The notes: generated by a model not told the origin, from the letters alone. A DNA stretch of 64,000 bases from Candidatus Moraniibacteriota bacterium (GCA_035390125.1 DAOOTD010000003.1:20122-84121); one strand, 5' to 3'; counted from the stretch's first letter, positions 32,370-44,754 are shown. A program made the numbers and translations.

Positions 32370-32397
32370 AAACTATTATTATTAAACATGGCAAATT

Positions 32398-34356
<1,959 letters not shown>

Positions 34357-34456
34357 ATATCATTTTATTATCCTTGCATACTATATATCTTGCTAAATAT
34401 GAATAATATAAGAAAAAATGATTATTGTAAACCTAATTATTTATTGATTGATATAA

Positions 34457-34488
34457 AATCAGGCACTGCTGATAAGCAGTGCCTGATT
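34457..34488 (-). terminator. Perfect 14-bp hairpin, probable terminator of the surface-protein gene
   Basis: AATCAGGCACTGCT-gata-AGCAGTGCCTGATT followed by TTT on the minus strand. Confidence 0.65.
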
Positions 34489-34527
34489 AAAGAATAAACA
34501 TTCTAAAAGGTTTTGGGAGATTTTATT

Positions 34528-36504
34528 TTAGGCTCTTTTTCTTCTCATCCGCAACCAATTTACTATAAGAATAAATATTACAACACCCAAGAAAGCGTAC
34601 CACCAAAATTGTCCTGATGATTTTGGTTTTTCTTCTGTTTCGCTAGAAACAGTATTTTTGGACTCAGTTCCCAAAACTTCACCTACATCTTCATTTTTAT
34701 TATTTATTTCTGCCGCCAAAACTTGTTTTGTGTTACTGTTCAGGCTATTTGCATTTTCTCCGATAACAATGTCTTCGGACAATATTTCAGTGCCTTCATC
34801 GTTTATAATAATATCTGACCCCGTTTCTGTTGGAATTTCTATAGAGATAACCTTTGCATCACTATTGTTCCCGACTTCATCCAGACTAACAAATTTATAA
34901 TAATATTTCTCTCCTCTCTTCACGTTTTGATCAGTATAGTTTTCATCATTTTTTTCATTTTTAGCAATCCGCGAGTTATTATCAATTTTAAAATCCTTGC
35001 TCTTCCCTTTGTATATATAAACCATATCTATATCAGAGTCATCAGCATTCCAACTAAGATTTACAAAAACATTTTCACTATCATATTTTGCATCCAAATC
35101 ACTGATTTCATTAGGATCTTCTGCATCCACTTTGATTTCTTTTTCACCTATAAAGCTGTAATTTGAAGCTTTGTCTATACTTCTGTAATAAAGTTTCCAT
35201 GTTCCGTTATCTATAGTAATTGGATCAGTATAATTTAGCCATGTTCCTGAGTTACTATTTAATTGATATTCTATTCCTTCTACATCATAATTATCGCTTG
35301 CAGTCAGAGTTATTTTTGGTTTGCTTTTATACCACCCATTATTACCATCGTTTTCTGCAGGATAAATTGACGCAAATACTTCGGGCTTAGTCATATCATA
35401 AACTATATTAATAGAATAGGAGTTTGATGTGCTGTAATCATTATAAACAGCCTTAGAATAAACCCCATAAATTCCTTCAGGAATTGTTACTGGAATTTTA
35501 TAATTCCAAGCTCCTTTTCCATTAGCATGAACTGCTGTTTCGCCTTCCTGCCAATTTGTCCCATTCCAATAGTTAATTTCTTCTGAACCGAAAGATTTGT
35601 GCGATATTTTTAGTTCAATATATTTAACGCCAGAAGCCTTCTCTATCGCAATGCCAGAAATTGACCCATCCCAAACATTAGTAGCTATTAAGCCTTTATC
35701 ACCAAGATTAAAGGTCGTTATATAATTGCCAATCAAACCTAAACTCATCTTAAATGTATGGCTATGGTCTTCTAACATGGTGTTGCCTGCATTGTCTTTG
35801 GCTTTAGAAACATATATTGAATTGATTCCGTTCTTCAGGTTATCATAAGGACAATCAAAACAAAAAGTTCTGGCATCACTATCGCCACAATTGTCTACAT
35901 CCTGAGTATGTGAAAGCAAAAAAACAGAAGACCTGACAGACACTTCTGGAATATTGTCTATACCTTCATTAAAAGTAATTTTTATGGTCGGTATAGTTGA
36001 ACCCAAATAGGAAAACTGATCATAAGTTTTGCCATCTGAACTGATATTTTTTATTGAAGGCCTAACGGTATCCACATTAAATGTGTGTGTATTATCTTCA
36101 GCCATTTTATTTTCTATATCATCCTGGGCTTCAGAAATATATATAACCTTCTTTTCTTGAGTTGAAGAGGGTACATTATATTTAAAACAAAAAGTCTTGC
36201 TATCACCATCATCACAATCATTAACATTTTGTGCGAATATGGGACTGTAAATGTAAGCCGGAGATGGTATTGGAGATATTGGAAGAAAAAGAGAAGGTGA
36301 TGATATTACTGATATTCTCGGTTTATTAATTATATCTTCATCAAAATCAACTCTGACAACTGGGTCATCTGAATCCAAATTATAAGTTTCACCATCTGAA
36401 CTGACGTTTACAACTGAAGGCCCAGATACAGCTTCGGCTGCTTTAAAAAAAATGAAAATTCCAAAAACAATAACCACAAATAAGATTGCTTTTTTATTTT
36501 TCAT
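34528..36504 (-). CDS. Surface protein with Ig-like repeats, FN3-like domain and C-terminal TM anchor
   Basis: Signal peptide; two SSDG-TY...DC-D-D--TFCF repeats; FN3-like W...Y-IY...YYYK; C-terminal WWY-TM-RRKRA. Confidence 0.75.
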   Translation of the reverse strand: MKNKKAILFVVIVFGIFIFFKAAEAVSGPSVVNVSSDGETYNLDSDDPVVRVDFDEDIINKPRISVISSPSLFLPISPIPSPAYIYSPIFAQNVNDCDDGDSKTFCFKYNVPSSTQEKKVIYISEAQDDIENKMAEDNTHTFNVDTVRPSIKNISSDGKTYDQFSYLGSTIPTIKITFNEGIDNIPEVSVRSSVFLLSHTQDVDNCGDSDARTFCFDCPYDNLKNGINSIYVSKAKDNAGNTMLEDHSHTFKMSLGLIGNYITTFNLGDKGLIATNVWDGSISGIAIEKASGVKYIELKISHKSFGSEEINYWNGTNWQEGETAVHANGKGAWNYKIPVTIPEGIYGVYSKAVYNDYSTSNSYSINIVYDMTKPEVFASIYPAENDGNNGWYKSKPKITLTASDNYDVEGIEYQLNSNSGTWLNYTDPITIDNGTWKLYYRSIDKASNYSFIGEKEIKVDAEDPNEISDLDAKYDSENVFVNLSWNADDSDIDMVYIYKGKSKDFKIDNNSRIAKNEKNDENYTDQNVKRGEKYYYKFVSLDEVGNNSDAKVISIEIPTETGSDIIINDEGTEILSEDIVIGENANSLNSNTKQVLAAEINNKNEDVGEVLGTESKNTVSSETEEKPKSSGQFWWYAFLGVVIFILIVNWLRMRRKRA

Positions 36505-36632
36505 ATTATTTATATAGTCTGATCCCGCATTAAATGATTTTTTATGCAGAATTTAACAATTTTATTCTTCCTATATTATATCACAGAAAACACAAAAAAT
36601 ACATCCGGCTAAAACTGGCTCTTGCAAAACAA

Positions 36633-36662
36633 AAAAGTTGAGGTTTCAGAACCTCAACTTTT
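36633..36662 (-). terminator. Intrinsic terminator after the giant surface protein gene
   Basis: AAAAGTTGAGGTT-tcag-AACCTCAACTTTT. Confidence 0.75.
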
Positions 36663-36692
36663 CATAATCCTTGTTACAAGAAAATCTTATTC

Positions 36693-39600
36693 TTATTCAT
36701 CCTTTCTTTTTAATATCAGCCACAAAACTCCTCCAACTAATACGGCTACTCCTAGCGTAAACCATAGATACCACCAGTTTTGCGATGAAGATGCGGGTTT
36801 TGTTTCTGCAATACTTTTCTTTTTTTGCTGAGATTCTGATCCTAGAGGTTGACCACCTTGATCACTTCCGCTCGGCGTCGTGATTTCATTATTATCTCCA
36901 ATAGGTTCCCTCTCGACTACCGCATCAGCTGGCAATGCTTCTGTGCCTTCATAGACTACAGTGGCTTGCCCACCTGCTTTTGGAATTTCAATAGAAATCT
37001 TCTCTACTTCGCTTTTGTTGCCAGCATCATCCAGCGCAACGAGTTTATAATAATATTTTACCCCTCTTTCAATATCATAATCGGTAAAATCTTCGTCACT
37101 ATGGTCGTTTTTAGCAACACGCGAAGAGCTGTTAACTTTGAAATCGCTAGTCGTGCCTCGGTATATATAAACATCTTTTATATCCGAGTCATCAGCATCC
37201 CATTCTAATTTTACCCCATTGGTATCTTCCTTGTATGTCGCCTGCAAATCTTCAACTTCATCAGGATCATGCGTATCCACTTTTATATGCTTTTCCCCTA
37301 TTGGGCTAACATTACCCGCCAAGTCCAGTGCCCTATAGTAAAACATATATTCACCATCATCAATCTCTACAGGAGATGGATAGGTTGTCCATGTTCCTGA
37401 AGTTGAATCAATCTGATATTCTATCCTGTCTAAGTTCAAATCAACTGCACTCAATGTCACATCTGGTTTGGAAACATACCAGTGATTGTCTCCATCTGGA
37501 TGGCTAGGATCAATTTCAAGAGTAACTACTGGAGGAGTTGTGTCCCAAATAAGAGTGAACTCATCATAAGCTGAATTACCCACATTGTCAGTCACTGTAA
37601 GTCTAGCCACATATGTTCCGTCAGTATCAGCAGATATGTCAGTATCTTCAGCATTTGGAGATACAAAAGTTATAGTTCCGGGACCTGAAGTTTGTGTCCA
37701 AGAGTAAGTTGCTATTCCACTGCCATCATCAGAAGCTGTGGCATCTTGAGTAAATAAGGCGTTAACAACTTTGTCCGTCCCGGCATCTACGCTTGGAGGA
37801 TTTCCATCCACTATCCTGGTTATGTGATTCATTCCTCCACCACCCCAATGTTCTACGCTGTCGCGTCCGCGCATCGCAAAATCATATGATACACCATCAC
37901 TTAGAAGTCCGCTGAGGTCTGCGATGCAGTTTGATCCATCCCAAGTAGCACTAGACCAACTTGCTGGCCATGCATCTCCAGTTACTCTAAATCTGTATTC
38001 ACAAGCAACGATTGGTGAAACTGAATCTGAAATTGTTCCAGTAAGTGTTGGATTTGCGTTGGTATATGTGCCATCATCCGGACTTATTGTTATTGAATCA
38101 GTAGTTGGATTTGCAGAATCGACTGTGTAAGTTGCTGGTGTTCCTGTTCCTTGATTGCCAACCATGTCATTGACTCTTACGTTTACCGTGTATACTGTTC
38201 CATCCGCAATAGTTGGACTGATGTCTGCTATGCAACGTCCAGTTCCTGAATTGTAAGATCCAGAATACCAATTGGCTCCATCATCCAGGGTGTATTCACA
38301 AGTGGTGATGTCCAATCCGGAAGCTGCATCTGAAACGTCGGCAATAATACGAAATGTGTCATCACCTCTTACATATGGAGTATAGTTTGTCCATGGAGAA
38401 GTTCTTACTATTCGAACATTGCTTACTATTGGTGCAGCTGCATCCACTGTTCTAGTTATATTATTTTCCCCGCCTCCGCCATTATGACCTAATGTGTCCG
38501 TTGCGCGGGTTGAAAAATCATACGAAACTCCGTCAGAAAGACCACTAATACTTCCTGTGCATGTTCCAGTTCTTGGATCGCCTGACGGTGTCCATGTTCC
38601 ACTCATCCAAGTTGTCCATCCTCCGCTTCCGGAACCAGTCACCCTGTATCTGTATTCACAACTGGTGATTGGTGAAACTGTATCACTAAGCGTACCGGTT
38701 ATTGTCGGATCAGCACTGGTATAAATACCATCAGGATCAGGACTAATCGCTATTGAGTCAGTATGTGGTCCTTCGGAATCAACTGTATATACAACAGCGC
38801 TTCCTTCTCCTATATTGCCAACAAGATCAGAGACTCTAATGTTTATTGTAAAAACATCGCCATCCGTAAGGGTTGCTGGGATACTAGCTATGCAACGTCC
38901 AGTTCCGACATTGTAAGATCCGGCATACCAGTTAGCTCCGTTATCCAGTGTGTATTCGCAAGTGGTAGTATCTAATCCTGAAGCTGCATCTGAAACGTCG
39001 GCACGGATACGGGTTGTTACGTTTCCATTGATATATGGATAGAAATCGGTTCCACTGCTTTGAACCACAGCTTGAACATTGGTTACGCTTGGCGCAACTG
39101 TATCTTTAGTGAAAGTCCTGGAATCAGTGCCTATATTTCCAGCTGCATCAGTATCACGAACATTCAAAGTAAAGCTTGTTTCGCCAAGTCCGGCAAAATC
39201 TGAAAGCATAGAAAATGTATCACCAGATGCGCATGATTCCCATGCTCCACCATCTATATTACATTCTTGGGTACCAGGTTCTGAACTTGAGAATGTAAAA
39301 ACTGATGTTCCACTGGCATAAGCTGAAACAGCAGGAGTTAAAATTGTTACGGTAGAAGGCACTACGTCTTTAGCGGCTGTATCAAGTCTAGGAGTAGCTG
39401 TGTTTCCAGCTACATCTGAAACTGAACATACAACACCTATTGCTCCATCATTCAAACCTAATAAGGAACCTGAAGAGATGGTTGCAGTATTGCCAGATAT
39501 TAGCCCTGACACAGGAATATATGTAAAAGTATCGCTTATTAAACATGCAACTGATTGGCCGTCTTCTACGCCGGTTGTAACTACGTCTATATCAACTCCC

Positions 39601-42600
39601 GAAGTTGCATCTGCTAAGTTCACGTACTCATCGGAACCTAAAGCTACGCTTGATATTGTCGGTACGCCGGTGTCTTTTGTAGCAATATCAATTTCTGGAT
39701 TAGCCGGATTGCCAGCTATGTCGGAAACATTGCAAGTAGAAGTTAATATTCCATCAGCCAAAGAAGTCAACGCTCCGGTAGCTATTGTTACCGCATTACC
39801 AGATATAGTTCCACTTACAGGACCAACCGATCCAGTGCCTGTATCAGTTATGGTGCAGTCAACTTGTTGGCCGTCTTCTGCTCCATTTGTAACTACATCT
39901 ATATCCACTCCCGAGACTGCTTCAGTTGCGTTTACATATCCATCTGCACCGAAGTGTGCAAATGAAAATGTCGGAACGACCGTGTCTTTAGAGGCAGTAT
40001 CTGTTCCATCAACGGCTGGATTTCCGGCCGCATCTGAAACTGAACATGTAGCTGTCAATAATCCATCGCTCAAAGAAGTTAGATCTCCTGTAGCTATGGT
40101 GGCTGCATTGCCAGATATAGTTCCGCTTACAGGACCAACCGATCCAGTGCCTGTATCAGTTATGGTGCAGTCAACTTGTTGGCCGTCTTCTACGCCGGTT
40201 GTAACTACATCTATATTAACGCTTGATGTAGCTTCCGCTAAGTTTATGTATTCATCCGAATCCAGAGCTACGCTTGTAAAAGTCGGGGCACTTGTATCTA
40301 CCGTGATACCTCTCGTTCCATCTACAGCATTAGGATTGCCAGCATTATCTGTAGCAACTGCTGTTAATGTTTCAGCTCCTTCTCCGAAAGCGGTAATTGC
40401 TGCTGCATCTAAAACATAAGACCAAGTGGTTGAGGTAACAATTGTTGTAGGATTTCCATTTAGGGTAACCGTTGAACCGTCTTCATTTCCGCCAGTCACA
40501 GTTACCGTTGCTGTTTGTTCGGCAGCATTGATAATATCATCAGTAGCAACTACATCGATAGTTGGAGTTGCTGGAGGAGTTGAATCATAAGTGAATGTCA
40601 ATGTATCGGAAGCTGAATTTCCTGAATTATCCAAAACAGACAGCTGCAAAGTATAATCTCCATCAACTGAAACTCCGGTAGCATTTGGATCTTCAATGGT
40701 TGGATCGTCAAAAGTTACTGTCCCAGGTCCGGCAGTTTGAGACCATGCATAAGAAGCGACACCAGCGATTGAAGCATCAACTGTAGCATCAAGTGTGACT
40801 GGAAGATCAGCAGCGGCAGCTACAACATCTGCTCCGGCATCAACAGTTGGTGAACTGTTATCAACCGTTATCGCTGATGAACTTGTTCCGGTAGTTTGAA
40901 AAAGTCCGACATTGTCTCCAACACCCAAAGTAGGTGCGGATCCATCCGAAACAACTATATAATAAGTCCCTTCTCCAGCTGAAGGATTAGGTACGGTTAC
41001 AGAACCAGAACAATCTGTTCCCAGATCGCCAAGATCAACATCTCCTCCATCAGCTGCGGTGTCTGTTGACCAATAAGCGTGACATGAAGCTATTCCCGAT
41101 CCAGTTTCCGTAAGTGTGGTTGTCACCACGATTGATGCTCCGTCTTTTACTACATTGTCGTCTAAAGCTACGGAAAAGCCTGAAGGATTGGTATTATCTC
41201 GATGTATGGTTAGTGTTGAAGTTGCTGTATTTCCTGCTGCGTCATAGCAAGTTATCGTGGAGCTTCCATCATATGAATCTAAAGCGCTCCAGGCATAAAG
41301 ACTGCTATAAGGTCCGGGGTTAGCAACATCGCCTCCACCGGCTATATCGCCAGTAGCGGGAAAGTTGACTTTCTGAATTCCTGAACCGCTATCTGTTGCA
41401 GCTTCACTAACTGTAAAATCTCCGGTTCCGGAAATGTTAGTTGTATAATATATAACATTTCCAACTGCATATTGTTCGTTGGGGTTTGTGCCTTCAGCAA
41501 TCGTTGGCTCTGGGCATGTCGGATTGGTAAAGTCAGTTTCAACAGCAGAACCATCACCAATGTTAGCTTTGGTTACAGTTGTTGCATTGTTTCCTGCAGC
41601 ATCAGTTGAAACTAATGTAAAATCAAGTCCTGCACCTTCAGTTTCTGAAGCATCCAAAACACGTGTAAGTGTTGCCGTTGTTCCGACTACTGTATTTGTA
41701 GTTGTCGCCTGACCTCCAATAGTACCGGTTACAGTAGTTCCCGCATCTACCGTCGCAGTAACCGTAACAGTATCACCTGATTTAGCTAAAGTTGTTGTAG
41801 CATTGTTTGAGGCAATATGAATACTGGATGGTGTTGTCGGTGCAGCAACATCTTTAGTAGCTGTATCTGTTCCATTAACAGCTGGGTTTCCGGCCGCATC
41901 TGAAACTGAACAAGTGGCTGTCAATAATCCATCGGCTAAAGAAGTTAGGACTCCGGTAGCTATTGTTACCGCATTGCCAGATATAGTTCCGGTTACTGGA
42001 CCAACTGATCCGGCGACTGTATCCGTTATGGTGCAGGAAACTTGTCTGCCATCTTCTACGCCGGTTGTAGTTACATTTATGTTAACCCCGGAAGTTGCTT
42101 CCGCTGAATTTACATATTCATCAGAGCCCAAAGCTACGCTTGCAAAAGTTGGAGCATTTGCATCAACCGCTAACGTATTACTGTCGTTAAAGTCTGCAAC
42201 TGTAAGATTATTAGTTCCTCCATCTGTCAAATAACAACTTATTGGTAAAGTCCCAGAAGCTCGGTCTGTATCACCAGAGCCAACTACATATGTAAGTGTA
42301 TATGTATAAGGACCGCTACCGCCTGGGCCTGCGAATGTGCCTGCAACATTTTTGCTATTCACAGTGCAAGCACCAACAGTCAAGGTATTTAAAGTTGATG
42401 ATAGCGTAATAGTTAGCGTATCTCCGATTTTTGCAGTTCCTGATGAAGGAGAAACTGATGCAGAAACAGAACCAGTGTTAACTGGAGCCATATAGAAAAT
42501 AGTAAAGTGATCAATGCCATTCGCCTCAATTGTGTCTTCTTTCACATCAATCTTGTCTTCATCAATCACTTTCAAATCCTCTGGTTCGACTTCTTCCAGT

Positions 42601-43328
42601 TCATCAGCTGATTTTTCTGTGTAAGCAATCTGCACGTCTACATTCTCAGGTTTAGGCAGTGTTAAATCGTATTTGAAAGTTCCATTTTCCATCGATGAGG
42701 TGATGTCATAAGCTTTGTTGGAAAGCGCACCAAGTGAAGCCATTTCTTCGTCCGTCAAAGTAATTTCTTCAATTTTCAAGTTTCCAGGATTGTCAGGCAA
42801 TTTAGTAAAAGTAACCGTTACATCTTCATTTTGGGGAGCTTTATAAGTAACGCCCTTTTCAACCGGTCCGATTTCCGCAGTCTTTCCGTCGTCACTTACA
42901 TTCCATTCCGGCTTTTCATCAGAAGCCTCTTCGGTAGAAATGTTTTCTTCATCAGATGCTTCGTCTGATTCTTCTTCCTCAACTATTTCGTTGTCTGATG
43001 GCTGGTCTGTCAGAGATGGAACATTTTCTGCGGCAGGTTCTTCAGCAACAACTGTTTCTTCGGAAGTTGAATCTTTTTCATCATCAACTGTTGTTTCTTC
43101 TTTGTCGGAATCTGAATTAACTTCATCTTCAGAAACAGATCCTGCCTCATCGGCGCTGGCAGATGGTTCATTATCTGCTCCGGCATACATCATGCCCATT
43201 GTCAAAAGATTGATTGAAGACATCTGAATAACAAACATCGGAACCATTATGATTGCCATAATTTTCTTTGCGACCTTCATTTCACTTTTGTTCAGCCTGA
43301 GCTGAAACATTTTTACGATTTTTTTCAT
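36693..43328 (-). CDS. Giant (2211 aa) Ig-like/PKD repeat adhesin with C-terminal TM anchor
   Basis: Signal peptide, acidic N-terminal region, many DxAGN Ig-like repeats, PKD-like VDAG...YxWxQxxGPG, FN3-like domain, WWY-TM-KRK tail. Confidence 0.8.
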   Translation of the reverse strand: MKKIVKMFQLRLNKSEMKVAKKIMAIIMVPMFVIQMSSINLLTMGMMYAGADNEPSASADEAGSVSEDEVNSDSDKEETTVDDEKDSTSEETVVAEEPAAENVPSLTDQPSDNEIVEEEESDEASDEENISTEEASDEKPEWNVSDDGKTAEIGPVEKGVTYKAPQNEDVTVTFTKLPDNPGNLKIEEITLTDEEMASLGALSNKAYDITSSMENGTFKYDLTLPKPENVDVQIAYTEKSADELEEVEPEDLKVIDEDKIDVKEDTIEANGIDHFTIFYMAPVNTGSVSASVSPSSGTAKIGDTLTITLSSTLNTLTVGACTVNSKNVAGTFAGPGGSGPYTYTLTYVVGSGDTDRASGTLPISCYLTDGGTNNLTVADFNDSNTLAVDANAPTFASVALGSDEYVNSAEATSGVNINVTTTGVEDGRQVSCTITDTVAGSVGPVTGTISGNAVTIATGVLTSLADGLLTATCSVSDAAGNPAVNGTDTATKDVAAPTTPSSIHIASNNATTTLAKSGDTVTVTATVDAGTTVTGTIGGQATTTNTVVGTTATLTRVLDASETEGAGLDFTLVSTDAAGNNATTVTKANIGDGSAVETDFTNPTCPEPTIAEGTNPNEQYAVGNVIYYTTNISGTGDFTVSEAATDSGSGIQKVNFPATGDIAGGGDVANPGPYSSLYAWSALDSYDGSSTITCYDAAGNTATSTLTIHRDNTNPSGFSVALDDNVVKDGASIVVTTTLTETGSGIASCHAYWSTDTAADGGDVDLGDLGTDCSGSVTVPNPSAGEGTYYIVVSDGSAPTLGVGDNVGLFQTTGTSSSAITVDNSSPTVDAGADVVAAAADLPVTLDATVDASIAGVASYAWSQTAGPGTVTFDDPTIEDPNATGVSVDGDYTLQLSVLDNSGNSASDTLTFTYDSTPPATPTIDVVATDDIINAAEQTATVTVTGGNEDGSTVTLNGNPTTIVTSTTWSYVLDAAAITAFGEGAETLTAVATDNAGNPNAVDGTRGITVDTSAPTFTSVALDSDEYINLAEATSSVNIDVVTTGVEDGQQVDCTITDTGTGSVGPVSGTISGNAATIATGDLTSLSDGLLTATCSVSDAAGNPAVDGTDTASKDTVVPTFSFAHFGADGYVNATEAVSGVDIDVVTNGAEDGQQVDCTITDTGTGSVGPVSGTISGNAVTIATGALTSLADGILTSTCNVSDIAGNPANPEIDIATKDTGVPTISSVALGSDEYVNLADATSGVDIDVVTTGVEDGQSVACLISDTFTYIPVSGLISGNTATISSGSLLGLNDGAIGVVCSVSDVAGNTATPRLDTAAKDVVPSTVTILTPAVSAYASGTSVFTFSSSEPGTQECNIDGGAWESCASGDTFSMLSDFAGLGETSFTLNVRDTDAAGNIGTDSRTFTKDTVAPSVTNVQAVVQSSGTDFYPYINGNVTTRIRADVSDAASGLDTTTCEYTLDNGANWYAGSYNVGTGRCIASIPATLTDGDVFTINIRVSDLVGNIGEGSAVVYTVDSEGPHTDSIAISPDPDGIYTSADPTITGTLSDTVSPITSCEYRYRVTGSGSGGWTTWMSGTWTPSGDPRTGTCTGSISGLSDGVSYDFSTRATDTLGHNGGGGENNITRTVDAAAPIVSNVRIVRTSPWTNYTPYVRGDDTFRIIADVSDAASGLDITTCEYTLDDGANWYSGSYNSGTGRCIADISPTIADGTVYTVNVRVNDMVGNQGTGTPATYTVDSANPTTDSITISPDDGTYTNANPTLTGTISDSVSPIVACEYRFRVTGDAWPASWSSATWDGSNCIADLSGLLSDGVSYDFAMRGRDSVEHWGGGGMNHITRIVDGNPPSVDAGTDKVVNALFTQDATASDDGSGIATYSWTQTSGPGTITFVSPNAEDTDISADTDGTYVARLTVTDNVGNSAYDEFTLIWDTTPPVVTLEIDPSHPDGDNHWYVSKPDVTLSAVDLNLDRIEYQIDSTSGTWTTYPSPVEIDDGEYMFYYRALDLAGNVSPIGEKHIKVDTHDPDEVEDLQATYKEDTNGVKLEWDADDSDIKDVYIYRGTTSDFKVNSSSRVAKNDHSDEDFTDYDIERGVKYYYKLVALDDAGNKSEVEKISIEIPKAGGQATVVYEGTEALPADAVVEREPIGDNNEITTPSGSDQGGQPLGSESQQKKKSIAETKPASSSQNWWYLWFTLGVAVLVGGVLWLILKRKDE

Positions 43329-43477
43329 ATTATTTTATATTTTTTAAACTTATTTAATTATTTTTTGAATTTAAAAAACAAGCTAACTAAGACAGACGCT
43401 AAACGCACCTGCTTAAGTTAGCTTGCTTAAAAAAATTGCGTGAAAAAATATTCACTTTTTTGTTATTTTATGTATTG

Positions 43478-43579
43478 ATTTTATTATAAATAAGCCACTT
43501 TGTCAAAAAAGCACTTATACACACAGCTAATGTGCAATATTACTTTTATAATTTTATCATAAATAAGCCGAATTGTAAA
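43478..43579 (-). promoter_or_regulatory. Two tandem sigma70-type promoters formed by a 29-bp imperfect direct repeat
   Basis: TTGACA-17-TAAAAT (43506-43478) and TTTACA-17-TAAAAT (43579-43551), sharing GGCTTATTTAT-ATAAAAT. Confidence 0.65.
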
Positions 43580-43686
43580 GAATTACTCCTTTAAAATTTC
43601 GGCATTTTACAATATTTTAAAAATTTAAAACATAACAAAAAAAGAAGCCTTAGGCCTCTTTTTTTGTTATCAGAAATTTATTGGCA

Positions 43687-44754
43687 TTAGTTGCAGCTTC
43701 CTCCTTGAGTTGCAGTCTGATCTGAAGTTGAGGCTCCCTTGACGGCTGCCAGTTTTTTGGAACATTCTGCTGGAGCAACATTGAAAGAATTGCATATTTC
43801 CTGCTTATATGACTCTGGGTCTCCGTACTTATAAATTGCTTTTGAACTAACCCCATTGATTTTCATTGTTGGTGATCCGGTAGCATTGGCTCCTTTTGAT
43901 GCTTCTTCGTTTGACTTCATCAATCCCAAACCTTCTGCAGCAACACAAGAAGATATTTTAGAAGAATTTAAACTCAGTGTTTTGGCTCCTGCTTCCCAAC
44001 AGGACCCATCACTTCCGCATTTAGCATTAACATAGGATACGAAACTAAACCATTTGTCTTTTCCGTAATCCTTGAGGACGCAAGCTTCCCTTTCATTTTG
44101 GACTACTTCTTTTTCGCCATGCAACGATTCAACGGTGTCGCCGTTTACAGATACAATGTAGTGGAAATTGAAATCAACTTTATTTTTAAGCAAATCATAA
44201 ACCGGTTTCAGGGTGTCTTCTGCTTTGTTGCCGTAAGGGCAAAAACTCATAACAAATAAATCTACTACTGGCTTGTCTGCTTTAGGAATTGGCTTATTAT
44301 TTTCTTCCGACTGCTTCTTGGCTAATTCGTTTTGTTTTGCTATTTCATCAAGTGAAATCAGAGAACCGCTGACAAGTTTATTGCCGTCTTTGGTTAAATA
44401 AACTGGTTGTTCTTGGCCATTAACATTTACCATCAACTTATATAAACCGTTTTCTTTGGTCACTTCTTTAATTTCTACTTTTACTCCAGTAGCCGTATTG
44501 GCATTTAAAAATGTCTGGAATTTTTCCTTGATCATTTTTGGACCTATATCAACTTTTTCCCGATAATTCTTAAACGCAAAAACTCCTGCGATAATAATAA
44601 ACAAAACTATGGCTACAATAATTAATGTTTTGTTATTCTGCCATATTGTACAGATTTTTCCTTTGCAATTGCATTTTACCCCGCATTTGCATTTTTCTTC
44701 ATTTGACATTTGAGCAGAAGAATTTTGTTCCTCTATTTTCTTTTCATCTTCCAT
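43687..44754 (-). CDS. Membrane-anchored thioredoxin-fold (DsbA/GILT-like) protein
   Basis: LFVMSFCPYG, SLHGEKE---N--EAC, cis-Pro loop TGSPT-KING, extra Cys pairs. Confidence 0.7.
   Translation of the reverse strand: MEDEKKIEEQNSSAQMSNEEKCKCGVKCNCKGKICTIWQNNKTLIIVAIVLFIIIAGVFAFKNYREKVDIGPKMIKEKFQTFLNANTATGVKVEIKEVTKENGLYKLMVNVNGQEQPVYLTKDGNKLVSGSLISLDEIAKQNELAKKQSEENNKPIPKADKPVVDLFVMSFCPYGNKAEDTLKPVYDLLKNKVDFNFHYIVSVNGDTVESLHGEKEVVQNEREACVLKDYGKDKWFSFVSYVNAKCGSDGSCWEAGAKTLSLNSSKISSCVAAEGLGLMKSNEEASKGANATGSPTMKINGVSSKAIYKYGDPESYKQEICNSFNVAPAECSKKLAAVKGASTSDQTATQGGSCN

Noticed and set aside
34457-34488. Palindrome upstream of uvrB as an SOS box
   Set aside because: GC-rich 14-bp stem with 4-nt loop and T-tail right after a stop codon fits a terminator; does not match the lexA palindrome
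39400-40419. 339-aa plus-strand ORF and many other antisense ORFs in the track (e.g. 20852-21415, 24960-25448, 56978-57634)
   Set aside because: Shadow frames opposite well-supported genes; no motifs, no independent start signals
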